Positions 35,127 through 42,097 of a stretch of 64,000 nucleotides of DNA are shown in pieces. The number at the start of each line of letters is the position of its first letter. The stretch's first letter is position 1. The DNA is taken from positions 29,090-93,089 of the forward strand of contig JAAZXA010000068.1 of the NCBI GenBank assembly GCA_014240385.1. Direction: 5' to 3'. Under the pieces are notes generated by a model. The model was not told the DNA's origin. It did no database searches and saw nothing but the letters and a program-made list of their open reading frames with translations. Source of the stretch: Methanobacteriota archaeon (GTDB lineage Archaea > Thermoplasmatota > Poseidoniia > Poseidoniales > Poseidoniaceae). A program made the translations under genes and the position numbers.

Positions 35127-35408
35127 TTAATCCAGTGGATGTTCAGCCTTCGTGTTAAGGATCCATTCCAGCGTCTTGACTACGCCCCGAAGGGCATTGT
35201 AGTTTCGGACTGCTTCGCTGAATTTCTTCTCACGGGGGCTTACTCTCATCTCTTTCAGTTTATGGAGGTGGTTCAACCACCAATCCCTTCGTTCCTTCGC
35301 TTCGTGATACATTTCAATAATGTCATCCCAATTGCGATTAAAATCGAAGGGTGAACTTACTTGGGTCAGTCTGGGAGTTGTCATCATGGGTGGCGCATCA
35401 ATTCTCAT
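35127..35408 (-). CDS. hypothetical protein (93 aa)
   Basis: track ORF 35127..35441 trimmed to the first ATG (35408), 7 nt downstream of ACCGCTCAC (35416-35424). Confidence 0.6.
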   Translation of the reverse strand: MRIDAPPMMTTPRLTQVSSPFDFNRNWDDIIEMYHEAKERRDWWLNHLHKLKEMRVSPREKKFSEAVRNYNALRGVVKTLEWILNTKAEHPLD

Positions 35409-35428
35409 ATTTGATGTGAGCGGTGTGT

Positions 35429-35842
35429 TCACGACCAGCAATTAAACTGGTCGATGCGAACACGCTTTTGGTCCTTATCGGCTCCACGCCCGATAGAATC
35501 GGGTGTGGGGACAGTCGAAACAACAGGGTAGCCATAGGCTTCTGCTGCGACTGCTGAACCAACTACAAGTACTCCTTCGGGGACAGTTGCTAGGAAAGCA
35601 AGTCCATCCTCTCGGGGTAGCTTCGTTGGTGTTACGAAATCGACATCCACTTCAACCTCAAGGTCGAGCGGGTTCCCTCCAAAATCTGCATTCAGCATAA
35701 CTCCAGAAGGCTCTACTTCGGTTTCATCCTCAAAGATGAACGAATGCCATGTTGTGCTAAGCACTTTGACTCCGTTACTCAAGGTGTAAACCATGCTGTC
35801 GTCGTATTCGTTTGTTTTCTCCATATTATTGTCTGTTGACAT
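35429..35842 (-). CDS. hypothetical protein (137 aa)
   Basis: track ORF 35429..35896 trimmed to PM-ATG at 35842. Confidence 0.75.
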   Translation of the reverse strand: MSTDNNMEKTNEYDDSMVYTLSNGVKVLSTTWHSFIFEDETEVEPSGVMLNADFGGNPLDLEVEVDVDFVTPTKLPREDGLAFLATVPEGVLVVGSAVAAEAYGYPVVSTVPTPDSIGRGADKDQKRVRIDQFNCWS

Positions 35843-35865
35843 GAGCGGTATATTCCTTTCGGAAT

Positions 35866-36765
35866 TCAACTGAACACAGTCAAGAGTTCCTTCCACTCCT
35901 TTGGAGCACCCATTCTTAGCCGAATTGCCCTGTCGAGGGTTCGGAATGTAACGGCATCGCCATTGGCGTGAGTCTCTTTCAAATGTTTCAATACGCCCCT
36001 TTTGATGTTAATATCAACGCCAGGGTACATATTGGGTAGAATTGTGTTCATTCGTTCAAAAACCTCTGTAGTTGTAAGAACAACAGGGACCAACCAAGAC
36101 CTGTCGACCAGGGGTTGAGGCATTTCATGTTCCATCTTGTTTGTGATGAAGATTACCTGTCCCTTGAAATCGAACTTTCTCGGTAGTCCGTTGTTATCAG
36201 CCCATGAACTGTTCCATGAGATGACTCTTTGTCCATATGAGTCAAGTGCAGCCTTGCACAGTTCCATCATAGTCTCCCCAGACCAGATATCCACATCGTC
36301 TAGCACTAGCACTCCACCTTCTTGGCGGTCGTGCATAGCGGTGTAGACTCCGGTAGGAGCAATGTGTCCGGCAACCCAAGTGAATCCTTGCTTGCCTTTC
36401 TTGTCCTCTACGAGGTTCATTCGCTTGAGTGCTTCCTTTACCATGTGAGATTTTCCTAGTCCGCCTGTTCCACAGACGATTACTGAGGGACTAAATCTTC
36501 GAATTACCATCAACACAATTGATTCCATCATTTCGAATCTTTTGTTGACTGAGTGTTTGCTCATTTTATCGGTAATCGATTGGTTTCGCGCTTTCATTTC
36601 TCGGATTTTGGTATTTTCCTCGATTGATTGCGTTTCTGCTGTTGTTGCTGTACTTGCAATTGGTGTTACAACTTCGTTAGTCACACTTGAGGGGTTCGTA
36701 AAATTGATGTTCTCAAGTGTGCCGTTTTTGATATTTGTTTCTCCTTGCAAGTTATTCGTTTGCAT
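35866..36765 (-). CDS. P-loop NTPase (AAA/SF3-helicase-like)
   Basis: PM-ATG; Walker A VIVCGTGGLGKSH, Walker B GGVLVLDDVD. Confidence 0.6.
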   Translation of the reverse strand: MQTNNLQGETNIKNGTLENINFTNPSSVTNEVVTPIASTATTAETQSIEENTKIREMKARNQSITDKMSKHSVNKRFEMMESIVLMVIRRFSPSVIVCGTGGLGKSHMVKEALKRMNLVEDKKGKQGFTWVAGHIAPTGVYTAMHDRQEGGVLVLDDVDIWSGETMMELCKAALDSYGQRVISWNSSWADNNGLPRKFDFKGQVIFITNKMEHEMPQPLVDRSWLVPVVLTTTEVFERMNTILPNMYPGVDINIKRGVLKHLKETHANGDAVTFRTLDRAIRLRMGAPKEWKELLTVFS

Positions 36766-36776
36766 GAGCGGTGTGT

Positions 36777-37151
36777 TTAGAACACGGGGCAGTCATTCCA
36801 TTCTGCCCAAAAGGCAGACGATTCATCCTTTGCCAGCACAGGGCCGACTAGGACTTTGAATATCTCAAAGCGCATTCCCTCCAATTTTAATGGCAGGGTA
36901 ACATACCTGAGTATTGGAATTGCCTCACGGCCTTCATTCAGGGTATACCTTCTTTGAATAGCCATTAGTGATGATATCAACACTCGGCCTACAACCTTAG
37001 ATGCCGATTCATCGCTGGTGCTGCTTTGATGGGCAGTCCACGCTTTCCAAATCGGGATCCATAGGTAGTCATCCGTGTGTTCATCTGGTTGTATTGACCT
37101 CAACTTAGAGAAGAGGCTGTCTGCAACCGGGTCATTTGTTTGTTCTTGCAT
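36777..37151 (-). CDS. hypothetical protein (124 aa)
   Basis: track ORF 36777..37169 trimmed to PM-ATG at 37151. Confidence 0.7.
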   Translation of the reverse strand: MQEQTNDPVADSLFSKLRSIQPDEHTDDYLWIPIWKAWTAHQSSTSDESASKVVGRVLISSLMAIQRRYTLNEGREAIPILRYVTLPLKLEGMRFEIFKVLVGPVLAKDESSAFWAEWNDCPVF

Positions 37152-37162
37152 GAGCGGTTGGA

Positions 37163-37429
37163 TTAGCAAATTTCAAGCCATGCTTGTGTAGCCATTTCGG
37201 CTTCCTTTTTGCTAATCGCTATCCGGTTTCCACCCTTTGTGGTGGATGTGAGGACTGTTCCTCCTTTAGCCCATTCTTGGGCCTGTCTTTGTGCGTTTTT
37301 CTTGGCCTTTCGACCTCGTTTTCCATTTTCATGGATTTGTGTTGCTGTATCTTCGTAATATTGAGTCGTTCTGTTGAAATCTATTGAGCCTGTTTTGCGG
37401 CTGATTTTCCACGGAAAGATCCTAGACAT
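37163..37429 (-). CDS. hypothetical basic protein (88 aa)
   Basis: track ORF; variant PM ACCCCTC-ATG at 37429, first gene after a terminator. Confidence 0.65.
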   Translation of the reverse strand: MSRIFPWKISRKTGSIDFNRTTQYYEDTATQIHENGKRGRKAKKNAQRQAQEWAKGGTVLTSTTKGGNRIAISKKEAEMATQAWLEIC

Positions 37430-37447
37430 GAGGGGTGCAAAATGGGT

Positions 37448-37497
37448 AATTCAAAACAAAACGCCCAACCGCATTGTCGCGGTTGGGCTTTTTGAAT
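37448..37497. terminator. 10-bp GC-rich hairpin with T-rich tails on both strands
   Basis: GCCCAACCGC (37463-37472) pairs with GCGGTTGGGC (37479-37488); plus-sense tail TTTTTG, minus-sense tail GTTTTGTTTTG. Confidence 0.65.
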
Positions 37498-37695
37498 ATG
37501 ACTTTGCGTGGGGGGTGCTCGAGATTTTTACTAGCCGCCTGCCTGCTGTATGGCTCTCGAGGGTCCGTGAGGACACGGCTCCTAACACAACTGATTTCCT
37601 TCTTCAAGATCCAGTTGGCCTCATCCCTGAATTAGGGATTACATTCCTCATTACCTATTGAAGCCGTTTCCGGCCTCTGCTGTAATTTTTTCGTA

Positions 37696-37782
37696 CATGT
37701 GGGGTTATCGTTATGTCCATCTCGATTCATGGCTCCATTGCCGACCTCTAATAGGCGGAGCGGGATTTTTTTCGGTGTGTTG
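37696..37782 (-). repeat. 87-nt promoter/leader-like repeat, copy A
   Basis: near-identical to 40303-40390 (2 substitutions plus a 1-nt indel); ends in ACCCCACATG; contains an A7 run and CCTATTAGAGG. Confidence 0.85.
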
Positions 37783-37788
37783 AAAGGT

Positions 37789-38067
37789 TCAACGCTTTGC
37801 CTTGAGCATTTCTAGTTGCTGCAAGTGCTGGTTGTCTCTGAGTTGTTGCGCTGCATCCTTCATAACGAGTATTGTTGTCTGGGCATTTCCAATCACTCTA
37901 TCGATTGCTGCCTTTGACGCCTCGTCAATGAGAAGTTGCTCAACGCAATTACTTGCTTCCCTTGCTATCATCTTAATCTCTGATTTTTCACAGTTTTTGA
38001 TGTTTCGGGGGCGACGGTTTCGCTGGTTTCCTTTTCCTTTTCTTGGTTTTATACATTTATCGTGCAT
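37789..38067 (-). CDS. hypothetical basic protein (92 aa)
   Basis: track ORF; PM-ATG at 38067. Confidence 0.7.
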   Translation of the reverse strand: MHDKCIKPRKGKGNQRNRRPRNIKNCEKSEIKMIAREASNCVEQLLIDEASKAAIDRVIGNAQTTILVMKDAAQQLRDNQHLQQLEMLKAKR

Positions 38068-38082
38068 GAGCGGTTTGCTTTG

Positions 38083-38128
38083 GAACGGGAGCCCCGCTCA
38101 ATATCCGCAGATATTGGGCGGGGCGTTC
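38083..38128. promoter_or_regulatory. 14-bp-arm inverted repeat inside an operon
   Basis: CCCCGCTCAATATC (38092-38105) / GATATTGGGCGGGG (38110-38123), one mismatch, flanked by GAACG/CGTTC. Confidence 0.6.
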
Positions 38129-38144
38129 TAGATTTTGAACTCGT

Positions 38145-39071
38145 TCATACTCCGACGGATTTTGCTTTCTTGCTGTTTGTGATTGTTACAGCCAAGTTTG
38201 GTAATCCATCTTCATCTGTGCGTAGGTCAATGAAGTAGCCACGGATGCTTTCGTTGCAATCTAATGCTAAACGCCAGACACTTTGTTTTCCTGTTGGAGG
38301 TGCGGCAATTGGTATGCCTGCTCCCTCAACTAGGGTGTGAACAGAGTAATCAGCCTCATTCATTGGGTTTGAAGCTGCTCGTCCGGACAAGATGTAACCA
38401 GGGGTGATTCCCTGTCCATCATGGCGGGTTAGGCTCATCAAGTTGGCTGGACCGTTTAGGTCGCCAAGAAAGTTGATGAGCCCGATTCCGATTTGTCCTC
38501 GAGTAACTTTCCCATTTGATTGTGGGGTTGAGTCCTGTCCTTCCATGAAAAATGGAATAGATCTGATGCGTAGAGCACTATTGATTAGTGCAACGAATCC
38601 TTGAACCATGTTCAGACTGTTGGAGTTGTAAAGCTGCCATCTGCTGAGGCCATCCACTGATGGGGTAGGCCAGTAGTCCAATTTTTCGTGATACTCACAT
38701 TCTGCCATTCGCACGAATACCGTGTTCAGCCCGATGATTGTTGGGCTTGGTGCGGTTACGATGTCTGAGATGATTCCTGCATCTTTGAGGATGCTGAGTT
38801 CATCAACGAGGGCTTGCTTATCAAGTCCGAAGGCCAGCATGTCGCATCTGACTTCGTAGACTGGTCCGTCTCCGTCAGTATTTGGGACATAGATGAAGCG
38901 AGTTCCACCGTTTACAATGTATCGGGTGAAGTTCTTCTTTCCTTTTTGCTTGGTCTTCCTTGTGACTTCTACTCCTTCCAAGTGTTGTTCTGCTGCTTGG
39001 AGGGTATTGATTAAGTCCTCTGGGTCTATCTTTTCGTTCGTTTTGGTTTCTGTTTGCATGTTTGTTTGCAT
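38145..39071 (-). CDS. hypothetical protein (308 aa)
   Basis: track ORF; PM-ATG at 39071. Confidence 0.75.
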   Translation of the reverse strand: MQTNMQTETKTNEKIDPEDLINTLQAAEQHLEGVEVTRKTKQKGKKNFTRYIVNGGTRFIYVPNTDGDGPVYEVRCDMLAFGLDKQALVDELSILKDAGIISDIVTAPSPTIIGLNTVFVRMAECEYHEKLDYWPTPSVDGLSRWQLYNSNSLNMVQGFVALINSALRIRSIPFFMEGQDSTPQSNGKVTRGQIGIGLINFLGDLNGPANLMSLTRHDGQGITPGYILSGRAASNPMNEADYSVHTLVEGAGIPIAAPPTGKQSVWRLALDCNESIRGYFIDLRTDEDGLPNLAVTITNSKKAKSVGV

Positions 39072-39095
39072 GAGCGGTTGATAGTTGAGTTAAAC

Positions 39096-39422
39096 TCAAC
39101 GGTATGCACCATACTTCAAACCGGGGATTGGGTGGTTTCCGGCTCCACGACGCCTCATTGTGGCAATCATGGAATGAAGGACTTGGTTCGCACGGAACGC
39201 AAGTTCATTTGGTCCCTTTGAAGGATCCAAATTTCCTTTGAAGTCGAATGCACCTGCTTCTTGAATGTCTGTCTCGCATAGGAGGCAGAGCCATTCAGGA
39301 GCTTTTCCAATTGTTAGCACCTTGCGGTGTCCAACAGAGGAGAACTCCTCGCTGTTCAGGTTGCAGTTGCATATAGCGCATGTTCTTGTTATCAATTTCT
39401 GCTTCGTTTGTGTTTGTAGCAT
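39096..39422 (-). CDS. zinc-finger protein (108 aa)
   Basis: track ORF; CAICNCN...CLLCE; start context CACACCACACATG (no exact PM). Confidence 0.65.
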   Translation of the reverse strand: MLQTQTKQKLITRTCAICNCNLNSEEFSSVGHRKVLTIGKAPEWLCLLCETDIQEAGAFDFKGNLDPSKGPNELAFRANQVLHSMIATMRRRGAGNHPIPGLKYGAYR

Positions 39423-39821
39423 GTGTGGTGTGTGCGGTTTGGGTTCTGGCAGAGCATTACCTTCACCTACTACGGTCTCGATTCTCCCTTGTTTCTCAAA
39501 TCCTAACCGGAAAGTCCGGTAGTCGGGTAGGTTAAATCCACCTATGATGGTGAATTAGTCCTCTTAATTGAGAATCGGCCTGCGTGGAACTCTGCTTCCT
39601 CTACGGCCATGGGGGAGTCGGCTCTAAGCAACATCAAGTCAAAGTAAGCATCCCCGATGGATTGCTCCATCTTCGTCTGCTTAGATCATGCTATGATATC
39701 GTTCGTAGCGACGCTTTGACTTGAATCGGCTTCGAGCTATCGATTCAGTAGTTGGTGGCCTCTACCACTGCTCGCTATCCGTTAAGGATGAGCATGTGGT
39801 TTTGGCCGTTATACGAGCGGT
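39423..39821 (-). ncRNA. non-coding region F (about 400 nt, structured, unassigned)
   Basis: follows the stop of 39841..40305; opens with AACCGCTCGTA (39815-39821 core); several local hairpins, e.g. ACCGGAAAGTCCGGT; no credible ORF. Confidence 0.3.
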
Positions 39822-39840
39822 TGCGTAAACATTGGCAATC

Positions 39841-40305
39841 TCATTGAGCGACCTGCCGCTTTCGTCTTGCTAAAGGAACTGGTGTTCTTTTGGGCTTGAC
39901 GGTTTTAGCGGCAGGTTGTACTCGGCTTCTGGACGCCTGATTAAACAGGTTAGTCGCAGATGATGTTCTTGCCTTATTCTTCTGCCCCTTGAACTGGGAT
40001 TTCTTGGCATGTGGCTTTGACGCCTTTGCCTTGACAGTTTTCATGTGCTTTCTCCAAGCCTTGATGTGATTATCATAGATTGGATCTGCGAAAACTGCTT
40101 CTGGCACATACCGAGAGACCATACTTCCGATTCGATTCCAGCCACCAAAACTCAATGAATCATTCATTGCGTTTTTGATTTTGGAAACATAGGATGCTGG
40201 AGCATTCTTATTCAGTTTGCTCCAGTGTTCGGAACCCATCTTGGTAACCCAAGTTGGGATGTAGAGTTCTTGCGGGGTTTCGATGTTCTTATTTTGCATA
40301 TTCAT
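39841..40305 (-). CDS. hypothetical protein with Lys/Arg-rich C-terminal tail (154 aa)
   Basis: track ORF; start follows the 88-nt repeat copy B. Confidence 0.7.
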   Translation of the reverse strand: MNMQNKNIETPQELYIPTWVTKMGSEHWSKLNKNAPASYVSKIKNAMNDSLSFGGWNRIGSMVSRYVPEAVFADPIYDNHIKAWRKHMKTVKAKASKPHAKKSQFKGQKNKARTSSATNLFNQASRSRVQPAAKTVKPKRTPVPLARRKRQVAQ

Positions 40306-40390
40306 GGGGGGTTATCGTTATGTCCATCTCGAATCATGGCTCCATTGCCGACCTCTAATAGGCGGAGCGGGATTTTTTTCGGTAGTGTTG
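40303..40390 (-). repeat. 87/88-nt promoter/leader-like repeat, copy B
   Basis: near-identical to 37696-37782; ends at the start codon of 39841..40305. Confidence 0.85.
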
Positions 40391-40400
40391 ATGGGAGAAT

Positions 40401-40778
40401 TTAGTCCTCAGCGATTGTGGGATCTTGAAGCGAATCATTTGCTTCTGCTGTTCCCTTTGCTGGGGACAGAACTTTGGACTCATTGAAGGTCCAACCTAAT
40501 TCCATCATCATGGATAGAATCCATTCAGGTGCTTGACTCCAGTTGCCATGGAACTTGATGTTGCACATGTTGGCGAATTCAATTATCTCGCTTTCTAATG
40601 TGCTTTGTGTTTTGCCATGGGTTGCTGCTGTCGCTGCAATTGCCTGATTAATGGATGCTCCAGATGCTTCTACTTCGAGCAATACTGTGTCCCAAAGGGT
40701 CATCATTGCTGAGTATAGGCTCAGGTATATTCGTTCTGCCATCGTGCTTGTTTGCTTGCTAACTTGTGTGTGTTGCAT
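40401..40778 (-). CDS. hypothetical protein (125 aa)
   Basis: track ORF; start context ACCCCACATG preceded by hairpin GGAAGAC-AAA-GTCTTCC and repeat module copy 1. Confidence 0.7.
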   Translation of the reverse strand: MQHTQVSKQTSTMAERIYLSLYSAMMTLWDTVLLEVEASGASINQAIAATAATHGKTQSTLESEIIEFANMCNIKFHGNWSQAPEWILSMMMELGWTFNESKVLSPAKGTAEANDSLQDPTIAED

Positions 40779-40800
40779 GTGGGGTATGGGAAGACTTTGT

Positions 40801-40841
40801 CTTCCTCATTAGCATAGGTCATAGGGGCCGTAGGCCCTGAC
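40801..40841 (-). repeat. 41-nt promoter-like module, copy 1
   Basis: CTTCCTCATTAGCATAGGTCATAGGGGCCGTAGGCCCTGAC; contains the GGGCC-GTA-GGCCC hairpin and, in minus sense, CCCTATGACC. Confidence 0.8.
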
Positions 40842-41034
40842 CGTTTTAGTCATGTTTTGGTGCTAAGTTTTATTCTACCTCTCGATAGAAACGGCGCAAA
40901 GCAACCTTTGGACTCCTCCCGTAAAGGGTGGTGTGTGTGGTGTTACGGGTGTCCATGGGTCTCTCTCGCCAATAAAGCGAGTTGTAGGCGTACTCCAACG
41001 CCTCGTTGTTCGTCAATGATTTGACTACACCTCA

Positions 41035-41168
41035 TGGTGGACCGTGCTGGATTCGAACCAGCGGCCTCCTAAGACAGACAACTTCGACTCCTTCCGTCCT
41101 GCCCGGGACAGTTCGGTTTTTGTCTTATTCTGTTTCTTAGGCGCTCTTCCTGACTGAGCTAACGGCCC
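41035..41168 (-). tRNA. tRNA-like gene with a 57-nt insertion in the anticodon loop and encoded CCA; identity unresolved
   Basis: reverse complement folds as GGGCCGT/TA/GCTC-AGTCAGGAA-GAGC/G/CCTAA-[64 nt]-TTAGG/AGGCC/GCTGG-TTCGAAT-CCAGC/ACGGTCC/A/CCA. Confidence 0.75.
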
Positions 41169-41193
41169 GTAACGGTGTTTTGAGGAAGTATTT

Positions 41194-41234
41194 CTTCCTC
41201 ATTGGTATAGGTCATAGGGGCCGTAGGCCCTGAC
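41194..41234 (-). repeat. 41-nt promoter-like module, copy 2 (upstream of the tRNA)
   Basis: CTTCCTCATTGGTATAGGTCATAGGGGCCGTAGGCCCTGAC; 3 mismatches to copy 1; followed in minus sense by hairpin GAGGAAG-AAATA-CTTCCTC. Confidence 0.8.
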
Positions 41235-41376
41235 CCATTTGTGTGTGGTTTTTGTGTGTTTGTGAGCGGTTTAGCCTGATTTCCAATCCATACTGACGAA
41301 CTTCCTCGTAAACCAATTCTGGCCTTTCGGCACTCTCGGTTTGCGTAAGAGAGCGAGATCGTTCCCCGTGAGGGGC

Positions 41377-41646
41377 TTAGATCTTCGTAGCTCGCCTTCT
41401 GTTCACCTGGAACCATTGCTGGTACAGGTGCTCTCCAATAACTACTGCTGCAGGGTCGAGCATCGGGTTTCCGCTTGCTAGTGGACGGTCAAAAGACCAA
41501 TCCATGTGCTTACGGTGTTGCCGATATTGCTGTCGCCTGTAACTCAAATAGGGGTGTCCTTCACCGTCAAAGCGGTGTCGGTAACGATATTTTCTTATTT
41601 TTCCCCTCTTCCCAGCATTGGAAATCGTTTGTTGGCTAATTTGCAT
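41377..41646 (-). CDS. possible very basic protein (89 aa)
   Basis: track ORF only; Arg/Tyr/Gln-rich; no PM or SD seen. Confidence 0.4.
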   Translation of the reverse strand: MQISQQTISNAGKRGKIRKYRYRHRFDGEGHPYLSYRRQQYRQHRKHMDWSFDRPLASGNPMLDPAAVVIGEHLYQQWFQVNRRRATKI

Positions 41647-42044
41647 TTATCATACAAGCCCTGAACTACCTCATGTCCGTGGGGCTAATCCACATTGTCC
41701 TTTCGGAGCGTAGAATCACCTAAGCAGCAACCAGCCGCTTTTGCTTCGTAACATATCGGACCAACTGACTAATGCCAGTAGTGATTAAGTCACCAACGAG
41801 GTCTTTTCGTCAATGTTACGGTTTTCGGTGGACTACATGGGAAAGGAGCGATGATAGTCGCTACTTTCTCTCAATGTATATCCGTTAGCCGAGAAGAGGC
41901 ACCAAAAGGTGCGGGTATCTCTATTTCTCGACCCGGTGTCTCGGTGAAGTCCTCTTTCGAGGGATCCTCCGCCTTATCCCCTATCTCTAGGGTTTAGCAG
42001 ATACTTCGTGTAGGCCCTTGAGCCAACCGAGAGAGGGCATTCCT

Positions 42045-42084
42045 GTCCTCATTAGATGAGGTCATAGGAGCCCTAGGCCTTGCC
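42045..42084 (-). repeat. 41-nt promoter-like module, degenerate copy 3
   Basis: GTCCTCATTAGATGAGGTCATAGGAGCCCTAGGCCTTGCC; faces the ORF-free 41650-42040 stretch. Confidence 0.6.
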
Positions 42085-42097
42085 GTAGCAAGGTGGT

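Larger units (their letters stand above)
150..40778 (-). promoter_or_regulatory. dispersed punctuation motif PM: (A/C)ACCGCTC fused to ATG; 87 exact copies plus variants
   Basis: Manual count of CATGAGCGG on the given strand. First copy at 150, last at 39069, all in the same orientation and all abutting a minus-strand start codon. Variants: ACCCCTCATG 11700 and 37427, ACCACTCATG 12140, ACCCCACATG 37696 and 40776. Confidence 0.9.

Noticed and set aside
388-37169. N-terminal extensions of about 30 track ORFs that contain an in-frame ...(K/E/Q)PLM
   Set aside because: P-L-M is simply the translation of ACC-GCT-CAT-G read through from intergenic or overlapping sequence. The starts were reset to the motif ATG.
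37374-37661. ORFs 37374..37661 (+) and 37422..37607 (-)
   Set aside because: Both span the strong bidirectional terminator hairpin at 37463-37488 and adjacent non-coding sequence, and neither has start signals.
150-39071. ACCGCTC interpreted as an unusual Shine-Dalgarno sequence
   Set aside because: It has no complementarity to the CCUCC anti-SD that the late genes of the same genome clearly use, and it has no spacer to the AUG. It also occurs at non-coding boundaries without any ATG.
41159-41416. ORFs overlapping the tRNA genes (41159..41416, 54986..55384, 55152..55355, 55267..55479, 58956..59141)
   Set aside because: They run across canonical tRNA cloverleaves or their flanks and have no translation signals, so they were treated as spurious.
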